Notes: a model not told the origin generated them from the sequence alone. 64,000 nucleotides of DNA from Yuukianura sp. NJ FZ-2021 (GCA_046563655.1 CM102289.1:8060001-8124000); one strand, 5' to 3'; positions 49,630 through 60,987 are shown, counted from the stretch's first letter. Made by a program: numbers and translations.

Positions 49630-52600
49630 CTAAAGCTCTGAACATTTTTCATCCTGTTCGGTTTCATTTGGAAGAGACGGAAGATCCCGCAGTGGCGTGG
49701 CTTCTGGCTCAGTTTCTTCATTTCGATCTTCCGGAGGAATTTTTGTTCGATTGAATACACCACACTATAAATGTATTAATGAAATAAATTTAAATAAAAC
49801 ATATTTCATTAACATATATTAATAATAAGTAGTTTGAAAAAGTTCAGAATTCTGAACTTACGCAATACAACGCCACTGCAATAATAAAAATAAGCACAAG
49901 TCCAGCAGCAATTGAAGATGCAACCCAAACAGTAGTGTTGTTTGTAACCACGAAAAGCTGTAACCTTGTCACAGCCTCCTTCGGAGGCACGCTAACATCA
50001 ACATTCACCAGCGTCACTTTTCCTTTTGTTCGGTATTCAATATTCTGAACTCGGTAAGTATCCAACAACTCCGCTGTTAATGAAAATGAAAATTTGGACC
50101 AAAATATTTCAACTTTCAGAATTTTCAGTTTCAAAAACTTTTTGAAAATTGAAATGTCTTACATGCTTTGTTCTTGGACATTCGAAACGTGATGTCCACA
50201 CTGACACGCGTTCCAGGAATAAAGTTGTGGACGAGACACACGACTTGAATGCATTCTACTAGTGCCTGGTTACAATTGAGATGAAGTGTCTTGTCTTTGA
50301 CAATTCCCGCTTGCTTAGTTTTTGAAGCTGCTCGTTTTCGGCGATGCTCAAGTCGCTGTACCTGAACGCCGTTGAGTGCGTCATAGTCTGGATCAAAAGT
50401 TTCAAAAAGTGGAGACAAACTGTCTGGTCCGCTGCAAACTATTTCGTCACCGTCTTGTTTAGCCTACGAAGAACACAAAATTAAATTTTAGCGGGCAAAA
50501 ACAAATTTTGAAAGTAGAAACGTTTTTGAACCAAGTACCTGCACATGCGTTATGTTCACAACCATGTTATTTTCAGGAGTGTCAAACACGCTTTGCGGAA
50601 TGTCAAACTTCAGCTCAGTAGTTTTAATCATACTGGGACCATCAAGTTTCACCTAAAAATTTCAAAAAAAATTTTTAAATCGAATATTTAAAAATGGAAA
50701 AATTGTTTTTTGAATGTTTTTTGGCATTCGATTGAATTACCAAATATGAATGTGTGAAGACGTTGTACGGATTGAGTGTCGTTATGTTCATGATTGTGAC
50801 GGTTGCTAACATGTCAATTTTGGCTTGAACTTCAAGTGGTAAAATTAGTGTAGTGATTTTTCCTGGATTCAACAAATTTGATGTCGTGCTGGGCTCAATG
50901 TTAAGCACGAATTCATTTAGTCCATTTTGCTCTCCCGCCATAAGATCTGACATGTCGAATTCCAATTCTAGCGTCTTCGATTGGTTCTTTTCTAGTGTCT
51001 GGCCCATGGTGCATGTCAGTACAATCGGATTCCGGGTAATCGATTGGCCACAGTCTGATGGCACACTCACTAAACTCAACCCTACAGCGAAAAAAATATT
51101 AGCGTTTCGAAAAAATTTCAAAATTCTAACTCCGAACTTTGGTTTTCAGAAACTTTTACTCACTCAACCAAGACATGATGAGCTTAGGATAAATTGCAGT
51201 TTCTCCATCGTTTTGAAGGTCAATAACCAAATGCAGTTTTGGCTCTGACCCAATTACAAAAGACTCTCCCTTACTGAAATTTCAAAGGAAAATACCTGCG
51301 TTAAAATTTTGAGTAACATTGAGCCTTTTTCAAAAATTATTTTCTAAAAAATTATTTTAGAGTTTTGAAAAGATTTGCCTGTAGTTGGTAAATTGAGCGG
51401 TGACTTGTAAATCAGCGACACAAATGTCGTCTTCTCCACAAATGACAGCGGGATCCATGGACAAATCGAATCTCGTCACATTTGATTCAGTTACTGGGCA
51501 ATTCTTACAAAAAGAATTGAATGCTGAAGAAAAGGAAAGTTTTCGAAACTTTTGTATTTGGGTACAGTTATGTTTGAAAAATGTTTTTTTCTGTGTCTGG
51601 AGTAAAGGTACATACCGGTTCCATTATGTTCCGTTCTTGGTACAGTGGCTCCAAATCCTTGCGCAAGAATTGTATAATCTGTACTTCCTGTTCCAGAATC
51701 TTTGCGATGAATGATCGATACTTCTTGACGTATTAAAACACGCTGACCAGAAAGTGTTAAGCGCTAAAAAAAACTCAAAAATGAAAAGTAAATTTTTTTT
51801 TCAAAAAATCAACCTACCCGTTAGAGGTCTTAGACAAACCTGCTTCAGAATTCCAGTAAAATCTCGACAACTCTGAGCTCCATATTTGACTTGAACTTCA
51901 TATTCGATTGGATTCGTCGCTGTTTCTGGCTTCCCATCAGCACTCAGGTATACTCGAGTAATGATAGAGTTTACGTCAGTAAAAATTTTGACACTGGCAG
52001 CTATTTAGAAAAAGACAGAAAATTCCAGTACATTGTGAATGTACACGTTCATGATTGGTTGTGATTTTAATGCGGCAGATTACCTATTGTACCAATGGCG
52101 TCCTTGGATTCGTATCCAACGCAAGAAGTTATTTTAAAAGTAAAGTCTTTCCGGTTGATTGGAATTTTGGTTGTATTTGATGACAGAGTGCCATTTAGAG
52201 CAACAATTGGACTTGTCCTGAGAATTACAACTTGGGCAGAAGAGTATGCTCCGACTGCAAGATCTGGAGAAAAAGTAGACTCAATTTCAAAGTTTTGAAA
52301 TTCAAAATTCTAAAAATTTTGCTTAAAATGTTTACCATTATAGCCGTTTCCATCGACATCTACTCCCGGCGACAAGCTGATTCCAAATCCTGTCAATTTC
52401 GAATCCAAATCACTCGCGTGTATAACTTGTGCAAATTTTCTTGCCAGTCCTAAAACACTTCCATGATAAATGTAAACTGCGCCGCTTCTAGAATTCTCAA
52501 ACGGAGCTCCTATTGCTACATCTAAAAAAAAGTTCAGTTTGAAAAAAATTTTAACAAAACTAAAACCAATTGCATCAGATTCAGAAAAAAACGTACCGTT

Positions 52601-54440
52601 GAACCCATCTTTGTTAATGTCACCGATTGACGCAATCGCAGAACCGAAACGTGCCCATGGCTTGTTACTTCCTGAAACGAAACTTCGGGCCACAATTTTC
52701 TCCTAAAAATGAATCGAAATGAAAATTATTAAGCAATCTAACCCAAATTACCGCAATTTTTTTGAACTTCAGCATTTACTCTTTCGCTTATGTAAATGAA
52801 CACTGCGCCTTCGTCACCATGTCCACTAAAGTCAGATTCCGGAAGTAAGTCTTCTTGCGTTGTTTCGCTTTCGGCAGAATCGTCTAGCAGGATTATCTTT
52901 TCAGTTCTTCTGGCATTGTACAATGGAGCTCCAATAAGCAAATCACTCCACCCGTCATTGTTTAAATCCACGGTGCATAGAACAGAGCCAAAATAAGCAG
53001 CGGAATCTCCAGGACCTTCGATTTTGTGCAAAATGTTAAGTGGTTCGATGTCTGATTCCGGAAAAGTGAACATCAGAACATGGCCAGTCAAGTTGTGCTG
53101 GAGGCCTCCGCGAGGAGCACTTGCTACGTACTGGACAGCAGTACTGCTGGGGAGATCTAAGTATTTTCCGGAAGTGACAGCATATCCTGCATAAACAAAA
53201 TCAATAAAAACTTTTGTACAATTTAGTTTGTAAAATTTAGAAATTGGAATGTACCGAAGTAAGTTGCGTTTTGTTTCCACAGAGTTTCCAAATGTGGTCG
53301 TGCGACCAACTGCGGTGCTTGGTAAAAAGTTCCAAAATCTTCTGGAAGTCCGTTTCGACGCAGTCTAGGATCAATGCTGTCTTTCAACTGGATTACGGTG
53401 CCTTTCCAATCATTGACTCCAGGAGCTATTCCAGATCAGAATTTTTTTTAAAATAAATTTGAAAAAGTGATTTTGAAATAGAAATTTTGGAACCTCCGAG
53501 AATTGTCTCCAGTTCGTCTGTGACATGGACAGAAAATCCGGCTTGGCCAAAGGACCAATCAAATCCTTGCTTTCCCCGGAATCCTTGTCTATCTACAAAA
53601 TTTTCAATTTTACAATGCAAATTTCTAAAAATTTTCAAAATTATAATACCCTTTGTCTATCAACAATCAAAAATTGAAATTTTACAATGTAGATTTTCAA
53701 AAATTTTAAAAATTATAATACACCTTTGTTTCTCAAAGGAATCAAAGTATGATTTTGAGCAAGTTGCGGCGGGAAATCTTCCACAATTTGAACTTTCGGA
53801 CGCCAGTAACAGAGACCATTCATAAGATAATGCGAAGCGGATGAAATGTTGTTAGCTCTCTGATTGGCCCATTTAGAAGCACATGACACGAACCGATCTT
53901 GGCCCAATGACAAAGAACCGCCAAAGAAACTTCCATCTTTCCTGTTCAAAACTTCTTCTCCCGGGGCATGGTGAGACTGCACTTTAGGAGTTAATTATAG
54001 TTAAAAAAAAATCGAAATTTTGATTCTAAAATTTCGAAATTTTGGTTCTCACTTTCGTTGCCGTGATTGTCCATCTCTAAAACATCACAAGCATCGCCAT
54101 TGGTCTTTCCTAAGCTACAGCGCCAAACGACGCCAGGCTCTTCGATGGACTTGAATTTTTTTGAATTTGCCTTTGGAGCACCAATGATCACCCTGAAAAA
54201 AAATTGCGGGAATTTTTGAAATTTCAAAAATGAAAGTATTTTTTAAACTTACCATGAGGATTTGCCAGTAGTTCGTCCACTCTGTCCGCGCAGAAGTTGC
54301 ACAGTAGTGCCAAAGTAACTTTTTGGCCCATCAAAATTATTTGTAATAATTAATCGGTTTTCAATGTCAATGTTAAATGGCAGAACGTACTTTGACCTCA
54401 GGATGACCCCAAGAAAAAACGCGCCAAAAATCAAATTCAT
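49630..54440 (-). CDS. Integrin alpha chain (multi-exon)
   Basis: Signal peptide then FNID mature N-terminus. FG-GAP/Ca-binding repeats DLNNDGWSDLLIGAP, DINKDGFNDVAIGAP, DVDGNGYNDLAVGAY. RRKR cleavage site, TM VWVASSIAAGLVLIFIIAVALY, juxtamembrane GVFNR (GFFKR variant). Confidence 0.93.
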
Positions 54441-55070
54441 TTTGAAACGCTTCACAGTTCAGAACACACCTTACAAAACAAAGTCTATATCATAGTAAAC
54501 TAGAAAAATAAGTAAACAAAACATAATGTCGCCGCCGTCGATGAATCCAATTTCATAGAATTTCCAATCTAAATGTCTGTACTGATTTTTTTTATCAGTC
54601 ACACACTTAATTTCGGTGTTGAATTTAGATAAAACTTGACTCATTCAAAAGTTTGCAAGTTGAGTTTTCTAATGTGCAAAATCTAAAAGTAAACAAAATC
54701 TGCTAAGAGTCAACTTATGATTAACTTAACTTAGAACTTCAAAAATTTTAAGGTAAGTCAGATTTTTACACTTTACTATTTGGAATGTTTAATCTTTGAC
54801 TTCATGTAATAATATTAACTTCTACGATCACAAACTACTACACAGTAAGTGCTACTCTGGGAAACTTTTATCCGACGAAATGTAGAAACTGAGCGATGAA
54901 ATTTTTAGCTACTTTGAAGTTTTCAGCAAACTAACGGAACTTGAGTTATACTGAAGGAGTTACGTTATCGAATTAATGACGATATTTAGATTTGACTTTG
55001 TTTTTAGTAACACATCTTCTAAGAACAAACTTGATGACTTCAATGTTCAAAAACAGATCTAGTAAGGTTG

Positions 55071-56062
55071 TTAATCCAAGAACTTTCGGTTCATGTTCTT
55101 TCCAAACAGAGCCGTACGGATCTCCGGCACCATTTGTTTTGCAAGCATTTCCAAACGATGTTCTAGCGTGTTCACAATTGTGATTTTTCCTTTTTGCGCA
55201 GACAATTCAACACCTCCAGTTCTAAACAAAGTGTCATTAGAAAGTTAGGAAGTGAATTTAAAAAAAAATGTGGGGGTAAAGGAGGCCTTAACTTACATTG
55301 CAGAGCTTAGAAATGACTCTTTATCAATTGTCAGATTGACGTTTTTCCCAGTCGCCTGTTTGTATTTCTGAGCTGCGAGGTCAATTGACTCCTCAATAAG
55401 AGGCAAGTCGACTTGCCGACATCGAAGAACAACGTTAGTCTCCAAAAGCTGCAAGAAGATGCACAGTTGTAAATTGAATGTTTAAACACATTGAGAGTGA
55501 AGGCATCTTTTAGTGTAATCTGGCTCACCTGAAGTAATCCCTGTGCAATCAAATTCTGCAGAAGACCTTTGTACAGTGCACGATCCTTGACAGTTTCAGC
55601 TAGACGACGTTTTGCTTCTTCAAAAACAGCGGCAACATGATCTTCACGCTCCTTCAGAACACGAAGACGAGCAGCATTGCGCAGATTTGACTGTTGGCTA
55701 AGATTGAAAAATGGATTTACACGCACTCATAAACAGAATTTTGGCATTACCAAACAATTCAAAAGAGGTGGAGCTTACATTTTACGTTGCAGTTCAACTT
55801 GTTTTCTCTTCCTCTCGTAGTACTCCATGATTTTTATTCTCTGCTGATTGACCAAGCGACCTTTCTCGATGTTGAACTCTTCCTCGGCCTTTGCATCGAT
55901 TTCTTCTGCCTTTTCATTGGCTTCTTGCTCGATGAAAGCCATCATGTGCTTGATCTAAACAGGAAACATCAATGATGAAAAAATGAAATGAGTAAAACAT
56001 GTACTAAAGAAAAATGGATGTTCACTTGCCTGTTTCATAACATCCGCATCGCTGAGAGCCAT
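55071..56062 (-). CDS. ATP6V1E: V-type proton ATPase subunit E
   Basis: [46 protein letters not shown]...[13 protein letters not shown]...[26 protein letters not shown]...[13 protein letters not shown]. Confidence 0.97.
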
Positions 56063-56703
56063 TTTGACGAATCCTTTTTAACTGAAATATTAATAAAAGT
56101 TATGCATAACTTTACGCATTACATAATTAGTACATCAACTGAACATCAGCTCGATGCACGCCCTGAATTCGTTATGTTAACGTTATCAGTGTCAATATGG
56201 ACAACAAAATTTTGGAATTACAAGATTTACGGTTTCACTTCGCTCATTTCCTGAAATCGAAATCTTACCTTTTCAATTTAAATCAGCAGTTAATCAAGGA
56301 CAGTTTACCGATGTCAGCAAAGCAAACTGATGAATACTTCTAAAAGTTAGTTAACTTTAGAACTGACGAAGATGAAATATGTTTGGGCGTTGCCTGTATG
56401 TTCAAAAGCAGAAAACATCTGGTACCACAGCTGTGCACAACACGGGGTAAGTGCGAAAATCACATGAATGAAAAGAACTAAGGCGCCGTACTCAGCGTGC
56501 GGCAACAACGATGATAACATGTAAGGACTATTTTTATGGACGCGTATCTATTGCCATCTAAATAAATTCAAGAGAGTAGCCAATTCCAAACGTTTTAGTG
56601 TGCAAATTTATTCGTTTTGAAAGTCTAAAAATTATAAGCGTTTGTTGTCATTCAAAAAGTTGCTGATAAGACTGGGCAGAGTGTGAAAAATTGAACGCCA
56701 TTG

Positions 56704-57249
56704 TGTTACGTTGGAAAAACGCAATGCCGTCCAGAAGGGCCCTTGGGGTTCAACCGCTGTCTAGTCCAAGGGGTCAAGGGCCTTAGAGACCCCTTCCCGG
56801 CGATGAGTCCCGTCAATAGTAAGTGTAAGGGTTGATGTTAAAATAATAAATAAATAAGTGTCTCCCATACCTTCTGCTACTGGTGATAGTTGGGTGATTT
56901 TATTTTACAGTGAATAGGTTAAGTGCTAGTCTTCCTTCCTTCGTGCTTCTCTTAGTGCCCTTTCTTACTTCCAAACTATGAGTGCGGGGTATTTAACATA
57001 AGTGCCTAATTGGGGCTATTGATAGTGTGGTTTCCGGGTAAGTTTTAGTACTAAACCGCATTAGCGGCGCTGGCTGTGGTTGTGTTAATTGTGCTGAATA
57101 AATTCGGCCTTGCGGTTTCTATCTTAATTTCCTTAGCCTTGCTATTTCTTCCTCTTAGTAACTAAAGTGACTTAGTAACTAAGTGCAGTTGTTAGCCCTA
57201 ACCTTGACATTGAAGTGAAAGTCTAGTGCAACAATTTACGGGTGCAACA
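56704..57249 (-). repeat. Probable 3' LTR (~546 bp)
   Basis: The minus strand begins TGTTGCAC directly after a purine-rich PPT-like tract (aaaaacatcaggccgtggaaga) and ends CGTAACA (TGTT...AACA termini). AATAAA at 56904-56899. The second LTR and TSD are outside the window. Confidence 0.7.
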
Positions 57250-57332
57250 TCTTCCACGGCCTGATGTTTTTGTCGTCCCGACAAAACAATGAATAAAATG
57301 AAAGTTGAAATGAAAGTTGAGGATGTGATGAC

Positions 57333-58583
57333 TTATTGTCTGGGGCGCTGTCGCTCGAATTCCCGAATCCTCGCCTGCAGATCTTGAACTTGACGAACCA
57401 GATCGGGGATGAGAACAGCGGGCGGTGGTAGATCGCGGAGAGCAAGGGGCTGTCGACCTGTTGTAGAGTATGGTGCCGTGCGTGGGGGCGGTGCCGGTGG
57501 CGCTGTAGGGGGCGAAGGGGTTAGAGGAAGGCCGATGCCCAATCCGTAATCCGTTCCGAACCAGATGAGTAGTTGTGGAAGTATTTGGCGGTGGCGAGCC
57601 TCGGTCATTCCATGGGGTTTGCGTAGTATGGAGAGTTTCTGCTTCAGCCCTCGGAGGAACTCGTATTCTGTGCCCTGTCTCCAGGCTTCGTACTCGCGTT
57701 CGAATGTGCTGGTCGGGAGGTCCATGACGCGGGCTATGTAGACAAGACTGGCTCTAACCCGGGCCTCTCGAAGGTTCTCCGGTGGGTGGTCCGAGAAGAA
57801 ATGCCGGAGGCGAAACGGCTCTGCTGTCTGGTCGTGCGTACTGATTAGCATCTGCTGCAGTAACATTCGGATATCTCTTCCGCCGGAAGCGTGGTCGTCT
57901 TGCAAAAAGCGTCCGATGTCTCTCCAAAGTAAAGCGACAGTTGCGGTGGCATCAAACATCAACTCTCGGTCTTGATTCAAATTGTTGCGGGGAAACCCGA
58001 ACATGAAGTCCACTTCAGACTCAAAGAATCTTCGGATGTCAAATGGTGTGGCATGATCGGGCAAGTCAGCAACATGAATCCGGATGGTCTCGATATCCAA
58101 AACGCCTCGTGGAATCACTCCAAAATCTCTCTCGATCCACTGCTGCTGGATCTTCCCCCCGTAGCAAATCTTCGTGATATGGGGTGATTTGAACAGGGCT
58201 CTCAGTGGTTCATGAGCGTCGGGGTCGTAAGGATCGATGAGAAAAGCATTCACCTTGGTGATGATAACAAGTCCGTTGATCATTCCTACGTATGAATCTG
58301 GCCATGAGAAGCACGAAAAGACTACTGGAGACATTCCAATGGCTTCGGAGATGTGTTCTGCGATTTCTTTGCTTGTAGTCAATGTGCCTGGGGCGCATGG
58401 CGGTACTGGCCAGTCGTGCATCCAGAGGGAATCATACACCATGCTGTCGGTGAGGTCGAGGACTCCTAGTCTCTCAGGGCGTACGAGTCGTTGTCCGTCG
58501 GCTAGATTTTTGATTTGCCTTTGTGCGTAGCGCAGTTGTGGTGTAGATTGCGTGTAGGGTTGTTGTGCGATACCGGAGTCCAT
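57333..58583 (-). CDS. Retroelement accessory ORF3 (416 aa): Rrp6/EXOSC10-/RNase D-like 3'-5' exonuclease fold, probably inactive, plus HRDC-like helix, Pro-rich segment and coiled coil
   Basis: SYVGMINGLVIITKVNAFLID...LRALFKSPHITKICYGGKIQQQWIERDFGVIPRGVLDIET parallels the Rrp6 core as recalled (SFLGLTCLMQISTRTEDFIID...[32 protein letters not shown]). Intact intronless ORF with caaaATG context and its own upstream splice acceptor. Confidence 0.75.
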   Translation of the reverse strand: MDSGIAQQPYTQSTPQLRYAQRQIKNLADGQRLVRPERLGVLDLTDSMVYDSLWMHDWPVPPCAPGTLTTSKEIAEHISEAIGMSPVVFSCFSWPDSYVGMINGLVIITKVNAFLIDPYDPDAHEPLRALFKSPHITKICYGGKIQQQWIERDFGVIPRGVLDIETIRIHVADLPDHATPFDIRRFFESEVDFMFGFPRNNLNQDRELMFDATATVALLWRDIGRFLQDDHASGGRDIRMLLQQMLISTHDQTAEPFRLRHFFSDHPPENLREARVRASLVYIARVMDLPTSTFEREYEAWRQGTEYEFLRGLKQKLSILRKPHGMTEARHRQILPQLLIWFGTDYGLGIGLPLTPSPPTAPPAPPPRTAPYSTTGRQPLALRDLPPPAVLIPDLVRQVQDLQARIREFERQRPRQ

Positions 58584-58713
58584 TTTGTGGAAGTGGTGTC
58601 CTGTACCTGAGAAGGTAAATATTAGAGTTATAACTTGTGTGCATGAGGGTTAGGTTGTGTCGGGTTGTCAGAGGTCATCGTGTTTGTCTCTGTAGCGGGT
58701 AGCGTGTGACTTT

Positions 58714-60987
58714 TTAGTAGTCGTAGCTCGTGTCAAGGGAGGTGCCGGGTCCCACGGGGGTGGTAGCAAATGAAACCCGTCTAGTCTCTGTGGGTGGATA
58801 ATCATAACAGGGCCTTGGTGGTGTCTCCGGTGATTGGGTGGCCTGGTGGAGTTCGTTGATCGTCTCGTACTCCGTCTCAATCCGTTCAGCAAGGTTGGCT
58901 AGTGCACTGGTCCTAGGGAACTTCAAGTTCGTCAATGGGTTGCGTTTCACGACAGGGCTGCTTCGCGTCAATTTGGCAGTTTGGGTTGCTGCAGCATAAG
59001 TGATCACCGGCTCTTCCTGCTGGGAGGCCTGGTTCCGTCGTCGCATGATGCAGTACCAGTACAGCGTGAATATTATGATGATGGTCATCAGAACCAGAGC
59101 TAAGGCAAAGTTGCTGGCATGGTGGTAGTCGATGTGGTCCGATTGTGCCGCGGCTCCTCGTAGTCTGTCCAGGAACGGCAAGGCAAAGGTCAAGCCCGGG
59201 AAGGCTTGTAGTTGCTTGTAGAGTAGAAACCCTAGTCCCAAAGTGAGGCAGACATTCCAAATGATCAATGCCGTGTTAGTTGATGGCGGAATGATGTGCA
59301 TCAACTTAGGCACCATCATGGTCTTGAGTTGACTGATTTCGGTCAAATTCAGTCGGGGTGCGTCGAGGTCCCAGGATTCGTTGAAAACAGATTTCAAGTT
59401 AGGGAAGACAGTTTGGCTTCCGTAGTTCCGATCGTGGGCTGGTTTGAGCATGATGTCGATCTTCGACATCATTGCTGGTATGACTATAGTGACTCGTGGT
59501 GCGTCCGCCATGCCCGTGGGGCATGGATATGGTGGTCGAATTGTCCGTCGTCCTGGAACTTGTAGTTCGCAGTCGCAAGAGAGTCTGATTTCGAGGCTTC
59601 CAATCTGGTCGGCTGGTGGCTGCACGGGGTGTGTCCTGTTGTCCGAGATCCCGCGTTCTCCGCACTGGATCTGCATTCCTTCTGGGGCTCCGGTCAGGAT
59701 GAAAGTGTGGTAGTCCAATTGAGTCACGCTAAAATCTCCTGGCGTGTTGAGACATTCAAAGAGGCAAACCTCGTTGAGTTCACGAACGCTAGCGCCGCGT
59801 AGAAGTCGTTGAGCGCATAAGTATCCGGTCATCGGGTCGGAGCTGAACTGAGGCACGTGGCAGAGTCCAGTTTCGGGGTGGCATTGTTGGAGTTGAGTTC
59901 CTTGGATCGTCACGAGTTCTTCCTCGTTTACTGCCAAGTAGGCAGGGGCATGCTGAACAATGCAGGTGCTGCCCTTATAACTGAACGGCACGTTTATCAT
60001 TTCGTAGAGCTTCCAGTTGTCTACGAGCTTCTTGATGGGTACCCGAATGCGGTACATAATCCGTCCTCCGTCGCTGAAGGCGCAGTCGGTGAGCTTCAGT
60101 TTGTAATACCGTGTGACTTCGTCAACGGGTATGACGAGTCCGTAGCCGTCGGCTAGTAGCTTCCGGCTGGCTTTTTGGAGGTCCGCTGCTAACCTAGTTG
60201 GTGGCACTGCTAGAATGGAAATGGTTTGAGCTCGGCAGTGGTCCTGGAGATCCTTGAAGCGCATTAGTTCTCCAATTTGGTTGAGGTAGTCGAATACTTG
60301 GAGGAAGGTTCGTCTGGTCGAATCTCCTTCAGCGGTTAGCAAGTTCAACGTCCTTTGTACGCTTTCGTTGGTTTCTCGCATGGCAGCTTGCTGTTCGTAG
60401 AGACGGTTAACATGATCGTGTGCGCTTGAGAAGAGCTTAGAGACATTCTTTCCGAAAAGTTCCATCGATGTCTTCATGTTCATCACGTTTTGGTTGTTTA
60501 TGACGACCGAGCTCTTGATGGCTTCCATAAACTTCTCAATGCTCTGGCCGTTCACTTGGAGGTCCTGCATGTCTCTTTTGGAGACGAATCCACAGCAGAA
60601 GCTGAACATGTCGCTGACTAAGGTGAGAGGGTTGAAGGACTGCCACGTGATGTCTCGCTTCCTTCGCCCAGGGTTTACTTCTGTCATCATCATGTCGTCT
60701 TTGATGGATGCTAGCATCTTTGTGAGGTAGGTTGTGTAGGGTCGTATGTTCACCGGGAAGGTGCAGCCTGCGGTTTGAGCGTTCCTGCATGTTCCTTCCA
60801 TAAAATTTCCGATAGGGTTGGTGAAGTTGACTTGTATGTCGTAGACCAAGGGAATTGTAGCAGTGTACAACTCCGTGCCTTTGACCTCCCGAACGAGAGA
60901 TCCTGTGGTGACTCTTACTTCGGTGGGTTGGATTGAGAACGCGTTGGTTCCTCCGAGGATGGTTATCAGTATAACCAGCCACTCCAT
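58714..60987 (-). CDS. env: Envelope glycoprotein (class I fusion protein, baculovirus F/errantivirus env-like), 757 aa from the likely ATG at 60987
   Basis: Signal peptide MEWLVILITILGGTNA, furin site RRKR (60666-60655) followed by a hydrophobic fusion-peptide-like stretch and heptad region, Cys-rich ectodomain with N-glycosylation sequons, C-terminal TM segments. Confidence 0.85.
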   Translation of the reverse strand: MEWLVILITILGGTNAFSIQPTEVRVTTGSLVREVKGTELYTATIPLVYDIQVNFTNPIGNFMEGTCRNAQTAGCTFPVNIRPYTTYLTKMLASIKDDMMMTEVNPGRRKRDITWQSFNPLTLVSDMFSFCCGFVSKRDMQDLQVNGQSIEKFMEAIKSSVVINNQNVMNMKTSMELFGKNVSKLFSSAHDHVNRLYEQQAAMRETNESVQRTLNLLTAEGDSTRRTFLQVFDYLNQIGELMRFKDLQDHCRAQTISILAVPPTRLAADLQKASRKLLADGYGLVIPVDEVTRYYKLKLTDCAFSDGGRIMYRIRVPIKKLVDNWKLYEMINVPFSYKGSTCIVQHAPAYLAVNEEELVTIQGTQLQQCHPETGLCHVPQFSSDPMTGYLCAQRLLRGASVRELNEVCLFECLNTPGDFSVTQLDYHTFILTGAPEGMQIQCGERGISDNRTHPVQPPADQIGSLEIRLSCDCELQVPGRRTIRPPYPCPTGMADAPRVTIVIPAMMSKIDIMLKPAHDRNYGSQTVFPNLKSVFNESWDLDAPRLNLTEISQLKTMMVPKLMHIIPPSTNTALIIWNVCLTLGLGFLLYKQLQAFPGLTFALPFLDRLRGAAAQSDHIDYHHASNFALALVLMTIIIIFTLYWYCIMRRRNQASQQEEPVITYAAATQTAKLTRSSPVVKRNPLTNLKFPRTSALANLAERIETEYETINELHQATQSPETPPRPCYDYPPTETRRVSFATTPVGPGTSLDTSYDY

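Noticed and set aside
2027..57509. Functional link between the host ESCRT-I-like gene and the element's PTAP motif
   Set aside because: They are 55 kb apart in a eukaryotic genome; co-occurrence in the window is coincidental.
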